Of a stretch of 64,000 bases of DNA, positions 10,666 to 21,510 are shown one piece after another. This stretch comes from Promethearchaeota archaeon (GTDB lineage Archaea; Asgardarchaeota; Lokiarchaeia; Sigyniarchaeales; SOKP01), in NCBI GenBank assembly GCA_019058245.1, contig JAHPZJ010000028.1:32001-96000 (forward strand), in the 5' to 3' direction. The notes below the pieces were generated by a model that saw only the letters and a program-made list of their open reading frames with translations, was not told the origin of the DNA and did not search any database. The translations under genes and the position numbers were made by a program. Position 1 is the first letter of the stretch; each line of letters opens with the position of its first letter.

Positions 10666-11025
10666 ATGATGGATGATGATAATAATTCTTTAATGAATGA
10701 AATTAAAAAAATTGAAGAAGCAGCAAAAAAGAAGGAACAATATATAGTAGACAGAATTAATAGTGAACATAACCCTAAAATTAACGAACTTGAATCAAAA
10801 TTAACCAACATTCGTAGTGAATTTAGTAGAATCGAAGAAGAAATTAAAGAAATGGAGGCAAAACAGAAAGAATACAAAAAAAGAAAGAGAGAATTAATTG
10901 TTGCTGCCCAACCTATAAAGAAGGAATTAAAAGAATTGGTTGAACAGAAACTTAAAGTCTTAGAAAAATCACTGAAAGCAATAACTAAGGAAAAGACTGT
11001 TAAGAAAAAAGCTATTGACAAATAA
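10666..11025 (+). CDS. Coiled-coil protein (possibly truncated by a premature TAA)
   Basis: E/K-rich heptads; frame continues IEEVKRME to a second TAA at 11052. Confidence 0.7.
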   Translation: MMDDDNNSLMNEIKKIEEAAKKKEQYIVDRINSEHNPKINELESKLTNIRSEFSRIEEEIKEMEAKQKEYKKRKRELIVAAQPIKKELKELVEQKLKVLEKSLKAITKEKTVKKKAIDK

Positions 11026-11088
11026 ATTGAAGAAGTTAAAAGAATGGAATAATGGTATTTAGAAATAATAGACGAAAAAGGCTTGAAT

Positions 11089-12426
11089 TTATTTAATTTT
11101 ATATTGACTTTTCAAGAAATTTATAACATACTCTTTTACTTTATCTCGATCAGGTAAGCTAGCTATCATTCCATATATTGCAGCGTCTCCAGAAGAAGTT
11201 TCTTTTGGATTATTAAGAACTTCATTAGCTGATTCCCGAAGGTCTTTCAAGAAGATATCAGTAATCTCTTCATGATGTGGATTGACCATCATATGTAAAG
11301 CATTTGGAAATTGGATTCGATCTAAATGCCAATCTTTTTTATCCAAGATATCACCTAAATGATAAACATCAAATTTATTAGAAGTAAAGGAAAAAACACT
11401 CATTACTGGATTTCCGATAATGTATAACTCAGGTATTTGATTAATCCCTTCAATTAACTTTTTTGAAGTATCCATTACTTTTTTTGCTAGTTTTAGATAT
11501 CCATCCATTCCTAAATGTTTCATTGCAGCCCACGCCGCCGCTATCGCTCCTCCTGGACGAGTTCCTCTCATGGATGGAGAAATATAGATCCCTCCTGACC
11601 AATCAGTATATACAGAAAATTGATGTTTCCAGATTCTTTCTTTTCGATATAATATTAAAGATGCTCCTTTTGCACCATAACCATATTTATGAACATCAGC
11701 AGAGATAGATGTGACACCTGGTACAGAAAAATCAAAATCAGGTACTTCATAACCTAATTTCTTAACAAATGGTAACATAAATCCTCCTAAACATCCGTCA
11801 ACATGCAATCCGAGATCATGATCTTTCGCAATTATTCCTAGCTCAGTTATAGGGTCTACTACTCCTCTTGGAAAATCGCAGGCAGAGCCAACTAGTAAAA
11901 TTGTGTTATCATTAATTGCATTTTCTATAGCTTTCACATTTGCTCGATAATTATTCTTATCTACTGGTATTCTTACCGATTTTACTTTAAAATAGTCAGC
12001 TCCTTTTTCAAATGCAGGATGAGCAGAGTTAGGTAATATCATTTCAGGGTTCTTAATGTTAGGAAATTTCTCTTTGGCCCAATCTCTATATGTTTTTATA
12101 GCCATTAGAATACTTTCAGTGCCACCAGAAGTCATACTTCCACAACATCTTTTATTTCCATTAAATAAATCAATACCCATAGAAACTACTTCAGTTTCAA
12201 ATTTTTTTAGACTTGGAAAGGCAATTGGACTTAAAGCATTCTTTGAGAAAAACATTGTATATGCTTTTTTAAGCATTTCGGTATGCTCGTCGTTTGCGTG
12301 GTAAACTAAACTCCAAACTTTACCCTCTCTCCAATTTATATCATCGTTACGGCTTTCATCCATTTGTTTTAGGACATCTTCTACTGAATGCCCTTCTTGT
12401 GGTAATACTACTTTAGGTCTAGCCAT
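11089..12426 (-). CDS. Sphingosine-1-phosphate lyase-like PLP-dependent enzyme (group II decarboxylase family)
   Basis: TSGGTESILMA, AHPAFEK, HVDGCLGGF, SISADVHKYG (PLP Lys), GTRPGG, C-terminal AAIYG. Confidence 0.88.
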   Translation of the reverse strand: MARPKVVLPQEGHSVEDVLKQMDESRNDDINWREGKVWSLVYHANDEHTEMLKKAYTMFFSKNALSPIAFPSLKKFETEVVSMGIDLFNGNKRCCGSMTSGGTESILMAIKTYRDWAKEKFPNIKNPEMILPNSAHPAFEKGADYFKVKSVRIPVDKNNYRANVKAIENAINDNTILLVGSACDFPRGVVDPITELGIIAKDHDLGLHVDGCLGGFMLPFVKKLGYEVPDFDFSVPGVTSISADVHKYGYGAKGASLILYRKERIWKHQFSVYTDWSGGIYISPSMRGTRPGGAIAAAWAAMKHLGMDGYLKLAKKVMDTSKKLIEGINQIPELYIIGNPVMSVFSFTSNKFDVYHLGDILDKKDWHLDRIQFPNALHMMVNPHHEEITDIFLKDLRESANEVLNNPKETSSGDAAIYGMIASLPDRDKVKEYVINFLKSQYKIK

Positions 12427-12498
12427 TTTATTTTCACATAGATTTTAGATTTTATTATAATAATTTTTGTTAATAATTATATAATAACTATACTTTCC

Positions 12499-13656
12499 CT
12501 AAAAGGATTTTAAGGGGTATACTCCAAATTTGTTTACAGCGTCAATCATCCATTCTAAACGTTTAGGTGATATAGTTGGATGAAAATTAGCAGGAGAAAT
12601 TAGGAATCCACCCCCATGACCCATTGCTGATATTGCGTCTTTTACTGCTTGTTCCACTTCCAATTTTGATGCATCTACTAAAATATATCTTGTATCTATA
12701 TTGCCGGAGAGACATAATTTATCCCCAACATTTTTTTTTACATAAATAGGATCAACGAGAGGAGGCTCAAGGCATTGAAGACCATCAAATCCTGATTCAA
12801 CTATAAAATCTAGAAGATCTGTTATATCTCCATCAGTATGTAAGATATATTTACCTTCCCACTCATGTATCGCATCTGAAACTTCTTTATAGCAAGGAAG
12901 TAAATATTTATGGAAGTATTTTGGATTAATCATTGGACCATTTCTCTGATCTATATCTCCACCCTCTAGAAATATTTTAGCTCCACAATCAGCATAAGCC
13001 TTGAAAACAGTTAAGGTAAAGTCAGTGCAAAAGCGAAAGCGTTCTTCAATTAATTGAGGATCATTTTTAAGAGCACGGGCAAATGAAGCCATTCCCATTC
13101 CCTGCCATACAGGGGGAAAAACTGAAGTAAGGGCATTTTGAGCAAAAATACAAATCTTTTCTTTAATATCACGGCACTTTCTAAAAACGCCCTTATAAAA
13201 TTTCTTAGCTCTTCTATATTCTTCTTTCAAATCAGGTTTAGGGTATGCTTCCCAATCTTCTCGATTCCTAATATATCCATCATAATAATCAGGATAAGGA
13301 TTTCCATCTATATTTCTCAATTTATGTCTTTTGCCAAAGATATCGGTCATCTCACTTCGACTTTCAAGAATAAAAGGAATATATTGGATGCCAATCCCAT
13401 CAAAACCTATTTTATTAGCTGCTCTAATAGTTTTTGCAAACACAGAGATTTCAATATCATCTAATATTTGATTAATCCTTTCAATCCATTCATCTGGATA
13501 TTTTTCTTGCATCTCATCAAAGACATCAAAGGCAGTTTTTTCTAGTTTTCCTAAAATCATATCTGCAACATTTCCATCAATATTTATTGTATGAGTAGGA
13601 ATTCTATCAGGCTCTTCAAGGTTTAATGCAGTCTAAATTCTTTCAAAACTATCCAT
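12499..13656 (-). pseudogene. Uroporphyrinogen decarboxylase / MtaA-CmuA family protein with an in-frame TAG at codon 8
   Basis: Family-typical N-terminus MDSFERI*TALNLEEPDRIP lies in frame upstream of the called ORF (13560); HTDG, GFDGLQCLEP, LCLSGNID, GGGFLISP. May still be expressed from the internal ATG. Confidence 0.7.
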
Positions 13657-13868
13657 ATTTTTAATCTCAATTTTTTCCTATTTAATAGTTTAAATATTAT
13701 TAAAGATGAGAAAAATTTATTGTCATTATGAGTCATAAAACTCAGAAAACAAAATAAACAATCTGCTAATGAATGCTACTTATGTTATGAATTGATAAAG
13801 TTTTTACAGCCATATTATTCTTCGTTTTAGGTTCCAAGAATTGTCTTAGAAAAAATCTTGAAGATAGG

Positions 13869-14516
13869 TTAAAAAGAAGTAATTAAAATTAAAATCCCCA
13901 CAAAAATAAAGATTGATGTAGAAATTAATTTTAAATAAAATTTTGGCACCTTTTGGGCGATAAAAGCTCCAAAAAGAATTCCTATCCATGCCACAGAAAT
14001 TAGAGCTAAAAAAGATCCTAACCAAACTTCAAGAGGGAGTCTGTATTGTGAAGCTAGAGTAATCGTTAAAATTTGGGTTTTATCTCCTAACTCCATTAAA
14101 AATATATATATAAAACCTGCAATGTAAGGATTACTTTTAAATTTTGATAATATAGATGGTAATTCTTTCCTATCTTCAATACTATCTTGCTTTTTTTCAT
14201 TATTTGAAATATTAAAATCTTCAGAATTTCTCTCTAAATAGAGCTTCTTGAGATTTCTTGCTTCTAAAATCCCAATTATAATAAAGAGAATTCCTGAAAT
14301 TATTGAGATTATTAAAATTGGAACAAATTGAGTAATAATCACTCCGAAAAAAACACCAATAGTTACCAAGAGTGCAAATCCAAGAGTAACCCCTATCCCG
14401 ACTTTATAAAACTTCTTATATTCTAAAGCTAAGTTAAATACTATTAATTGAGTCTTGTCTCCAAGTTCTCCAAGAAACAATATTCCATAAGTTATGAAAA
14501 TAATTATAATATCCAC
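13869..14516 (-). CDS. TMEM165/GDT1 (UPF0016) family Mn2+/Ca2+ transporter
   Basis: Two ELGDKTQ motifs, about 6 TM helices. Confidence 0.93.
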   Translation of the reverse strand: MDIIIIFITYGILFLGELGDKTQLIVFNLALEYKKFYKVGIGVTLGFALLVTIGVFFGVIITQFVPILIISIISGILFIIIGILEARNLKKLYLERNSEDFNISNNEKKQDSIEDRKELPSILSKFKSNPYIAGFIYIFLMELGDKTQILTITLASQYRLPLEVWLGSFLALISVAWIGILFGAFIAQKVPKFYLKLISTSIFIFVGILILITSF

Positions 14517-14683
14517 ATTTCTTAAAATTAAATCATTTTTAAAAATAATGTGGATTTATTTCGATATTTGAATTAGCTAATGTTTTTAATTTAGTAAGTT
14601 AATATCTAAATCTTAACGCGATAAATTATATACAATAATGGTCTTTGTTAATCATAAATTACGATTTATTTTTTTTAATAACT

Positions 14684-16630
14684 ATGAATTATAATAAAAT
14701 TGTAAGTGGTAAAGCTGGGACAGAGAAATTCTTTCTTGGAAACGAAGCGATAGTGCGTGGTGCTATAGAAAGCGGGATAGATATTTATACTTTCTATCCA
14801 GGCACACCAAGCTCAGAAGTAGGAGAGAATTTTATGGAAATTTTTAGAGAAGCGGGAATGAGATGGGTGGAATATAGTATCAATGAAAAAGTGGCAATAG
14901 AGGTTGCTGGTGCTGCTTATGCTCGAGGAGCAAAAGCTATGGTAGGAATGAAAAATGTAGGGTTGAACGTTGCTTCTGATCCATTATTTGCTCTTGCTAC
15001 TACACGTCCGAAGAATGAGAATTCTGCTATGGTTATCTTAGTTGCTGATGATCCTCAGCAGTATTCAAGTGCTGTAGAAATGGACTCACGTTATTTTTTA
15101 AAAATCTTTAAAATCCCGGCATTAGAACCAAGTAATCCTCAGGAATGCTTGGAATTTACCAAAGAAGCATTTAACATTTCAAAAGAGTTGAAACTTCCAG
15201 TAATTTTAAGGACCGTAACGATGATTTCTCATGCCAGAAGTAATGTGGTAATTGGAGAGATAAAAACTTCAGGGATAGAAGAGAACTTTGATCTATCAAA
15301 GGAAGTTAACGTTGCTTCAAGAGTTTATTTTTTAGAGTTAAAAGAGGACCAAATATATAATAGGCTTAAAAGAGCATTAGAGATGTCAGAAAATAGCTCA
15401 TTGAACAGAATTGTAAATGAAAACTCAAAAAATCCATATGATTTAGGAATTATCACCAGTGGTGTATCATATAGTTATACAAATGAAGCATTAGATTTTT
15501 TCGAACTGGAAGCTCCAATACTCAAAATTGGCTTTATAAATCCACTTCCAGAAAGAAAAATTGCGGAATTTTTAAGGAATTTTAAACAGATATTTGTAAT
15601 TGAAGAAAATGACACGTTTCTTGAAACTCAAATACTTGCAATTGCCCAAAAAAATAGATTTAATGTAAAGATTCATGGGAAGGACCCATTTTCATACTCA
15701 AAAGAAAATACATTATTGCCTATGGTAGGAGAGTTAAATCCTACCAAAGTTGCATTAGCATTAGTGAAAGTATTAAATTTAAAACCAAGAATAGATTTAC
15801 GCCAAATTAATAAAAAATATAATTTAATGGCAAGACAAGCCATATTATGTGCGGGATGTCCCCACAGGGCAACAGGATATGCTCTACAAAAAGCTATTAA
15901 AAAGATTAAACTAAAAACAGGAAAAGATATATACTTTTATCAGGATATTGGATGCTATACACTTTTAGCATTACCACCTTTTTCTTTTGCTAATGTTAAA
16001 TATTGCATGGGTTCCAGCATAGCCTTAGCTCAAGGAGTTGCTCGAACAAGCGTAAGTCTTAATATCGCTATTATTGGTGATGGAACTTTTTTTCATTCAG
16101 GAATACCTGCATTAATAAATGGAATTTATAATAATACTCCAATTTTAGTTTTATTATTAGATAATGGATGGATTGGAATGACAGGACAACAACCAAATCC
16201 AGGGAGTGATACCCGCTACTATAAAGAGGGATCAACAAAAGAAGCAATAAATTTGGAGGATTTCTTACATGGTACAGGTGCGAATATTAGTACAATTAAC
16301 CATTATGAAAAGGATGATGAAAAATATATTTCAAATCTAACAAAACTTATTTTTGAAAAAGGAGTTGATGTGATAGAAAATAGAAAACTAAATGTTATTC
16401 TTATTAGGGATGAGTGCATTCAGAAAACGATTAAACGAGAGGCTCCAACGATAAGATATGTTAATCCAGAATTATGCAATAATTGTGGGCTATGTTATAA
16501 TAAATTAATGTGTCCTGCTATTGATTCAAAAGAAGAATTTGCATTTATTGACCGAAATTTATGTCTAGGTTGTGGAATATGTGAAGAAATTTGCCCAAAT
16601 AATGCAATCGAGAAGGAGGAGCCGAAATGA
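14684..16630 (+). CDS. iorA: Indolepyruvate:ferredoxin oxidoreductase alpha subunit
   Basis: LGNEAIVRG, YPGTPSSE, NEKVAIE, MKNVGLNVA, LCAGCPHR, DIGCY, GDGTFFHSG, C-terminal 2x[4Fe-4S]; ATG at 14684 preferred. Confidence 0.93.
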   Translation: MNYNKIVSGKAGTEKFFLGNEAIVRGAIESGIDIYTFYPGTPSSEVGENFMEIFREAGMRWVEYSINEKVAIEVAGAAYARGAKAMVGMKNVGLNVASDPLFALATTRPKNENSAMVILVADDPQQYSSAVEMDSRYFLKIFKIPALEPSNPQECLEFTKEAFNISKELKLPVILRTVTMISHARSNVVIGEIKTSGIEENFDLSKEVNVASRVYFLELKEDQIYNRLKRALEMSENSSLNRIVNENSKNPYDLGIITSGVSYSYTNEALDFFELEAPILKIGFINPLPERKIAEFLRNFKQIFVIEENDTFLETQILAIAQKNRFNVKIHGKDPFSYSKENTLLPMVGELNPTKVALALVKVLNLKPRIDLRQINKKYNLMARQAILCAGCPHRATGYALQKAIKKIKLKTGKDIYFYQDIGCYTLLALPPFSFANVKYCMGSSIALAQGVARTSVSLNIAIIGDGTFFHSGIPALINGIYNNTPILVLLLDNGWIGMTGQQPNPGSDTRYYKEGSTKEAINLEDFLHGTGANISTINHYEKDDEKYISNLTKLIFEKGVDVIENRKLNVILIRDECIQKTIKREAPTIRYVNPELCNNCGLCYNKLMCPAIDSKEEFAFIDRNLCLGCGICEEICPNNAIEKEEPK

Positions 16631-17220
16631 AGGTTGACAGTTATAGAATAGTGCTTACTGGTTTAGGGGGTCAAGGATTAGTCAGTTTATTACAAATTTT
16701 AGGAAATGCTCTAAAAATTGAGGGATATAAAGTTATGACTTCTGAGACTCATGGTCTTAGTCAGAGAGGAGGAAAAGTGACTTGCTTTCTTAGTTTTGGA
16801 AATAAACTCCTTGCTCCAATACCAATGATAGGAACAGCAGATATGATAATTGCTTTAGAAGAAAGTACTATATTGGATGTTTTGAATTTTGCTAAACCAG
16901 ATAAAAGTACTAATTTAATAATATCTACTTATGAGAAACATGAAATTGAGAAGGATTATCCCTCTTTAGAATATCTATTAGATGCCTTGTATGAAATTTC
17001 AGAGAATATTTATTTTATTCCTGCCCATGAAGTTGCTGTAAAATCCCTTGGTAATTTAAAAACAATGAATATTGTTATCTTAGGTTATATTTTAAAATTC
17101 TTACCAATAAAAAGAGATGTAATTGAAACCGCCATAAAGGAAAATTTCTTAGGAAAAAGGTTTGAAATGAATCTAAAAGCCCTCAGTGAAGGTCAAAAAT
17201 TAATATCAAAAAATTTTTAA
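16627..17220 (+). CDS. iorB: Indolepyruvate:ferredoxin oxidoreductase beta subunit
   Basis: GLGGQG, SETHGLSQRGG; ATGA overlap with iorA. Confidence 0.92.
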   Translation: MKVDSYRIVLTGLGGQGLVSLLQILGNALKIEGYKVMTSETHGLSQRGGKVTCFLSFGNKLLAPIPMIGTADMIIALEESTILDVLNFAKPDKSTNLIISTYEKHEIEKDYPSLEYLLDALYEISENIYFIPAHEVAVKSLGNLKTMNIVILGYILKFLPIKRDVIETAIKENFLGKRFEMNLKALSEGQKLISKNF

Positions 17221-17419
17221 TCGTTTACTTATTTGTGTAATATATATTTGAGGTATTTTAGGCAATTTAGTCACTAAGAGAATAAATGATTTTCTTCTAA
17301 AAAAGACAGAGTGATCATAATAATTTATAATTTCAAAATTTAATTATTTAGTTAGATATGCATCTTTAAAAAAAGAAATAATTGTTTTTTTTAGGTTATT
17401 TGATTAATATAACAAGGGG

Positions 17420-20400
17420 TTGATTAATATTTCTAAAAGATTGAGAAGGTTTGGAATTGTTTTATCTAGTATGTTGTTTATTTCGAGTTTAATGCTTATT
17501 TTTAATTTTTCTCCACCATTAAATGAAAATAGTGTTGATCTTTCAAATGATCTAAAATTAAGTTCAAATGAATCTAACTCAAAACCATTATTAGTGTATC
17601 AATATGCAACCATTACTAACACTTTTTTCCCGCTATCTTTACCAAAAAACGTTAGTTTTACTTTATTAGAAGACTGGGTTTCAGAAAATATAACAATTTT
17701 TTATGATGGAGTGTCTCACAGAAAGGATTGGGTAATAAATGGTAGTTTTGATGCTGGTGAGGCTCCATGGGAATATTTTACAATTGAAGATGATACCATA
17801 TTTGTTCATATGTCTTGGGCATCTGGTTCTGTAGGAATTGAAATTGATAAAAATAATAATAATCTAGAAAAAGGTTCTTATGGATATTTTGAGGAAAATG
17901 TATCTATCTCTGAACCTTTAGCGTCTAATACATATGCAACCTTATCTATGGATTATTTATACACAATAGAATCAGGAGGGACACCCTCTAATGATAACAT
18001 TAGTGTGTTTTTATCTATAGATATTGAGGGTGTAGAACAAAATGTTTCTACATCCATATTGAATATAGTATGGAATAAATGGACACCAATGAGTGTAACC
18101 TATGATCTTTCAGATATTAACCAACAACTCCCAAATAATGCCACAATTAGAACAGGAGTCTATGTGACAAATGAGACTGATACAGGAGCTAAAGATCAAT
18201 GGATTAGAATTGATAATGTTGATTTTACCCTTTGGACTAAACCAAATCAAGAAAATTTAACAGTGGCTGAAGATCTTGAAGATAATTTCGAATATGGTTA
18301 TCAAAATATAACTTTTGGTAAGGGGAAAACCTTTATTAATAAAACAAAGAGTCCAATTGAAACTTCTGATATTTTATTTACAATTTCTAAAAATGAGATA
18401 ATATCTGAGGAAATCAACATTTATAATATAACAATTACCTCAGAAGCAATTAAGATCTTTAATTCTACAATAGCAGGTCAAGAAGGTACACAATTTTCAT
18501 CTAATACAATGATAACTTGGGAAACAGAGTGCTCTTTTTCAATTCCTTATAGTTATTTAAATAGTTGGGCAGAAATCAAGAAACCTAGTGATTGGAATAT
18601 CACTTCCGTATTAGATGGATATGATGTGGAAAAAAGGGAAAATTGTACAGGTATTGGACTTGGATCTGAAAGTTTAAAAATACCAGTGGGGATATTGGCG
18701 TCAGGGTTATGGGAAATTAAGGCAGTCAGTAGAAATTATATTATTCATGGTGAAATTGATGTGTGGAATTGGACAAATTATATACAACAATCAAACATTA
18801 CTTTGGGGGATATTTTTCAAATTAATATGACATTAAACGATACAATACCTTATGAAAATACCTATGTAAATTGTACCATCAAATTTCCTAATGGAACTAT
18901 ATATTGGGAAGGTAGTAAAGAGTTATTAGTTTCAAATGAAGTTCAATTTGGTGATTTTACAGTTGGAAAAAATATGACCGTTGGTAGTTATGAGGTGAAT
19001 TTATTATGGACAAATAATCAATCCTCTATCTATAGGGATAAAGTAGGGTACTCCCATTTTAATTTCATTGTATGGCATCATACAAATTTAACACCTGTAG
19101 ATTTATATATAGAGCGTATATCTGGAGAGCCACTTCTAATAAAAGTTAATTTCACTGATTATGATTGTAATACATATATTGATTTTGCAACTATAACTTA
19201 TAATGGAACTTTACATGGTGGAATTTCTGGAACAATGGCTTATCTTGGATCGGGTATTTACGTAGCAGAAGTGGATACAAGTAGTTTAGCTATAGGATCT
19301 TACTATTTCTCTTTTAATGCTTCAAAATCATATTATGAGAATCAATCTATTATGAAATTAATCCAGCTTAAAATAATATATCAACCACTTGCCTTAGAAG
19401 TTCCTGGTACAGTTATAAATGCTAATTCAAACGATTATGTAAACTGTAGTGTAAATGTAACTGGAGCACTTACACATACTTTAATACCTGGAAAAACCAA
19501 TATTTCAACTGATTGGCATAAACCATACGAAATATTGAATGGTACTATCGAAGGTACATATATTCTCAATTTTTCAACTTATGACGTACCTACTCAAGGT
19601 ACTCTTGAAACTTTCACAATCCAAATATTTGCTAATAAAACAAATTATGGCTCAACATCAGCTTATATTTCATTAACTGTACATCCAATCCCAACAATAG
19701 CAAATGTGAATGAATCTATTATTAATGTTGACTTTAATGAGAATTTTTCTTTAGAAGTGAATTTTATGGTTAAAACATCAAGTGAAATTATCACAGGGGC
19801 TATCTTAAATGTTAATTGGTCTTCGTTTTGTGATGTTAAACTAATATCTAATGGTTTTATTATAGATTGTTCAACAGAAGGTTTATCATTAGGTAGTTAC
19901 ACTTTAGTAATTCAAATAAACCATCCTGGATATGAAATTGCTTTTAAAAATGTTTATGTAAATATAAATCCAAAATCTACATCTTTAGTAATTTTTTTGA
20001 ATCAGAATGAAAAAACATCTGATAGATCTATATCAATATTTTGGAATGAACCTTTAAACATTACAACTCTTTATAAAGATTCATTGGCAAATGAATTTAT
20101 TGAAGGTGCCACAGTTCTGGTAAATGAGTCAAATACTTCTGAATCTTTATATCGAAATATTCCCCAATATTCTAAAATTTTCAATCCGGGTGATTTATCT
20201 ACTGGAATTCACTATTTAACAATTATTGCTCAAAAGGAAAATTATTTAAAATTTTCCAGTGATGTCACAATAACAGTGAAGCAAATTGAGATTAATATTA
20301 AAACAGTTAATTTTAATAATTCACTTGAAATGTTAGCAGGTAAATCTACTAATCTTATTATTAAACTTACTGAAGAAAATACCGGAATTATTATTGAAAA

Positions 20401-21421
20401 TGCAAGTGTTTCTTATTATGATTTGGAAAATATTTTTAATGAATTTCAAAATACTGGTAATGGAACATATGAAGCAAAAATAAATATACCAGATAATACT
20501 AAAGAAGGAACTTATTCAATAACACTTAATGTATTTATTGAGGGGGATATATATAAACCAGCTAAAACTTCATTCATTATAGTTGTGTCTAAAGAACCAA
20601 CTCCAAATTATTTAATTTGGATACTAACTGCTGGTATATTGATTCTTATTGGAGTAATAAGCCTTATAGGTGTAAGACATTATGTACTTTTACCAAAAAA
20701 GAGAGAAAAAGAATCGAAATTGCTGGCAAGAACTCAAAAATATAAAGATCTAATGAATATTGAAGCTATATTAGTTGCTCAAAGAGAGAGTGGTCTATAT
20801 TTATATTTGAAAAGTTATTATGCCTTAGAAAAATACAGAAAAGAACTACTTTCCGGATTTATCCATGCAATTACAACCATCAGTAAAGAAATTGTAAGAA
20901 AAGATACAATAATAGAAGAATATAGTGAGTTAAAAACGCCGAAAAGTATTGAAAGCTTAATCGAACTTGATTTCAAACACTTCTATTTTCTTATAGGTGA
21001 TTACAAGGCTATACGAATAATTTTCATTCTAAAAGACAAAGCTTCTGAGAGATTTAAAATTCAATTAAAAAATCTCTTAATGGCGATTGATTTAAAGTTT
21101 GCGGAAGATCTAGCAAATTGGACTGGAAATATTGCTAAATTTGAAAAAATAATGCCTTCTATTATTAATGAGTATTTTGATTTACCTTATAAAGAGTTAT
21201 TCCAATTAAACAGCCCCCGACATATTGCTAAGGTTAAAGAAGAAACGGAATTAAGTATAATGGAAAATCGGATTTTGAATGTCATTTATTCAATAGCTAA
21301 AGGTAAACAAAAGTTTTATTTATCAGATGCAATAGAATTGGTCGAAGAGAAAAACAAAGATTTAGTAATTGATGCACTTGAATCAATTTTAGAGAAAAAA
21401 ATAATAATATCTTCTAATTAA
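17420..21421 (+). CDS. Large surface glycoprotein: beta-rich ectodomain, TM helix, cytoplasmic longin-like domain
   Basis: N-terminal signal/TM; dozens of N-x-S/T sequons; TM near aa 1070; cytoplasmic ESGLYLY...LLSGFIHAI. Confidence 0.8.
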   Translation: MINISKRLRRFGIVLSSMLFISSLMLIFNFSPPLNENSVDLSNDLKLSSNESNSKPLLVYQYATITNTFFPLSLPKNVSFTLLEDWVSENITIFYDGVSHRKDWVINGSFDAGEAPWEYFTIEDDTIFVHMSWASGSVGIEIDKNNNNLEKGSYGYFEENVSISEPLASNTYATLSMDYLYTIESGGTPSNDNISVFLSIDIEGVEQNVSTSILNIVWNKWTPMSVTYDLSDINQQLPNNATIRTGVYVTNETDTGAKDQWIRIDNVDFTLWTKPNQENLTVAEDLEDNFEYGYQNITFGKGKTFINKTKSPIETSDILFTISKNEIISEEINIYNITITSEAIKIFNSTIAGQEGTQFSSNTMITWETECSFSIPYSYLNSWAEIKKPSDWNITSVLDGYDVEKRENCTGIGLGSESLKIPVGILASGLWEIKAVSRNYIIHGEIDVWNWTNYIQQSNITLGDIFQINMTLNDTIPYENTYVNCTIKFPNGTIYWEGSKELLVSNEVQFGDFTVGKNMTVGSYEVNLLWTNNQSSIYRDKVGYSHFNFIVWHHTNLTPVDLYIERISGEPLLIKVNFTDYDCNTYIDFATITYNGTLHGGISGTMAYLGSGIYVAEVDTSSLAIGSYYFSFNASKSYYENQSIMKLIQLKIIYQPLALEVPGTVINANSNDYVNCSVNVTGALTHTLIPGKTNISTDWHKPYEILNGTIEGTYILNFSTYDVPTQGTLETFTIQIFANKTNYGSTSAYISLTVHPIPTIANVNESIINVDFNENFSLEVNFMVKTSSEIITGAILNVNWSSFCDVKLISNGFIIDCSTEGLSLGSYTLVIQINHPGYEIAFKNVYVNINPKSTSLVIFLNQNEKTSDRSISIFWNEPLNITTLYKDSLANEFIEGATVLVNESNTSESLYRNIPQYSKIFNPGDLSTGIHYLTIIAQKENYLKFSSDVTITVKQIEINIKTVNFNNSLEMLAGKSTNLIIKLTEENTGIIIENASVSYYDLENIFNEFQNTGNGTYEAKINIPDNTKEGTYSITLNVFIEGDIYKPAKTSFIIVVSKEPTPNYLIWILTAGILILIGVISLIGVRHYVLLPKKREKESKLLARTQKYKDLMNIEAILVAQRESGLYLYLKSYYALEKYRKELLSGFIHAITTISKEIVRKDTIIEEYSELKTPKSIESLIELDFKHFYFLIGDYKAIRIIFILKDKASERFKIQLKNLLMAIDLKFAEDLANWTGNIAKFEKIMPSIINEYFDLPYKELFQLNSPRHIAKVKEETELSIMENRILNVIYSIAKGKQKFYLSDAIELVEEKNKDLVIDALESILEKKIIISSN

Positions 21422-21510
21422 GAAAAGCTCAATGTGATAAATATATTGATTTCATAAACATTACCTAAATATACAAAAGATTCTGATATTTTATGTGTAG
21501 GAATTTTATT

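Noticed and set aside
10599-11021. 140-aa hydrophobic minus-strand ORF, and similar antisense or nested ORFs (e.g. 22124, 29090, 40032, 42418, 44685, 57728)
   Set aside because: They overlap well-supported genes on the other strand or frame and have no motifs or SD
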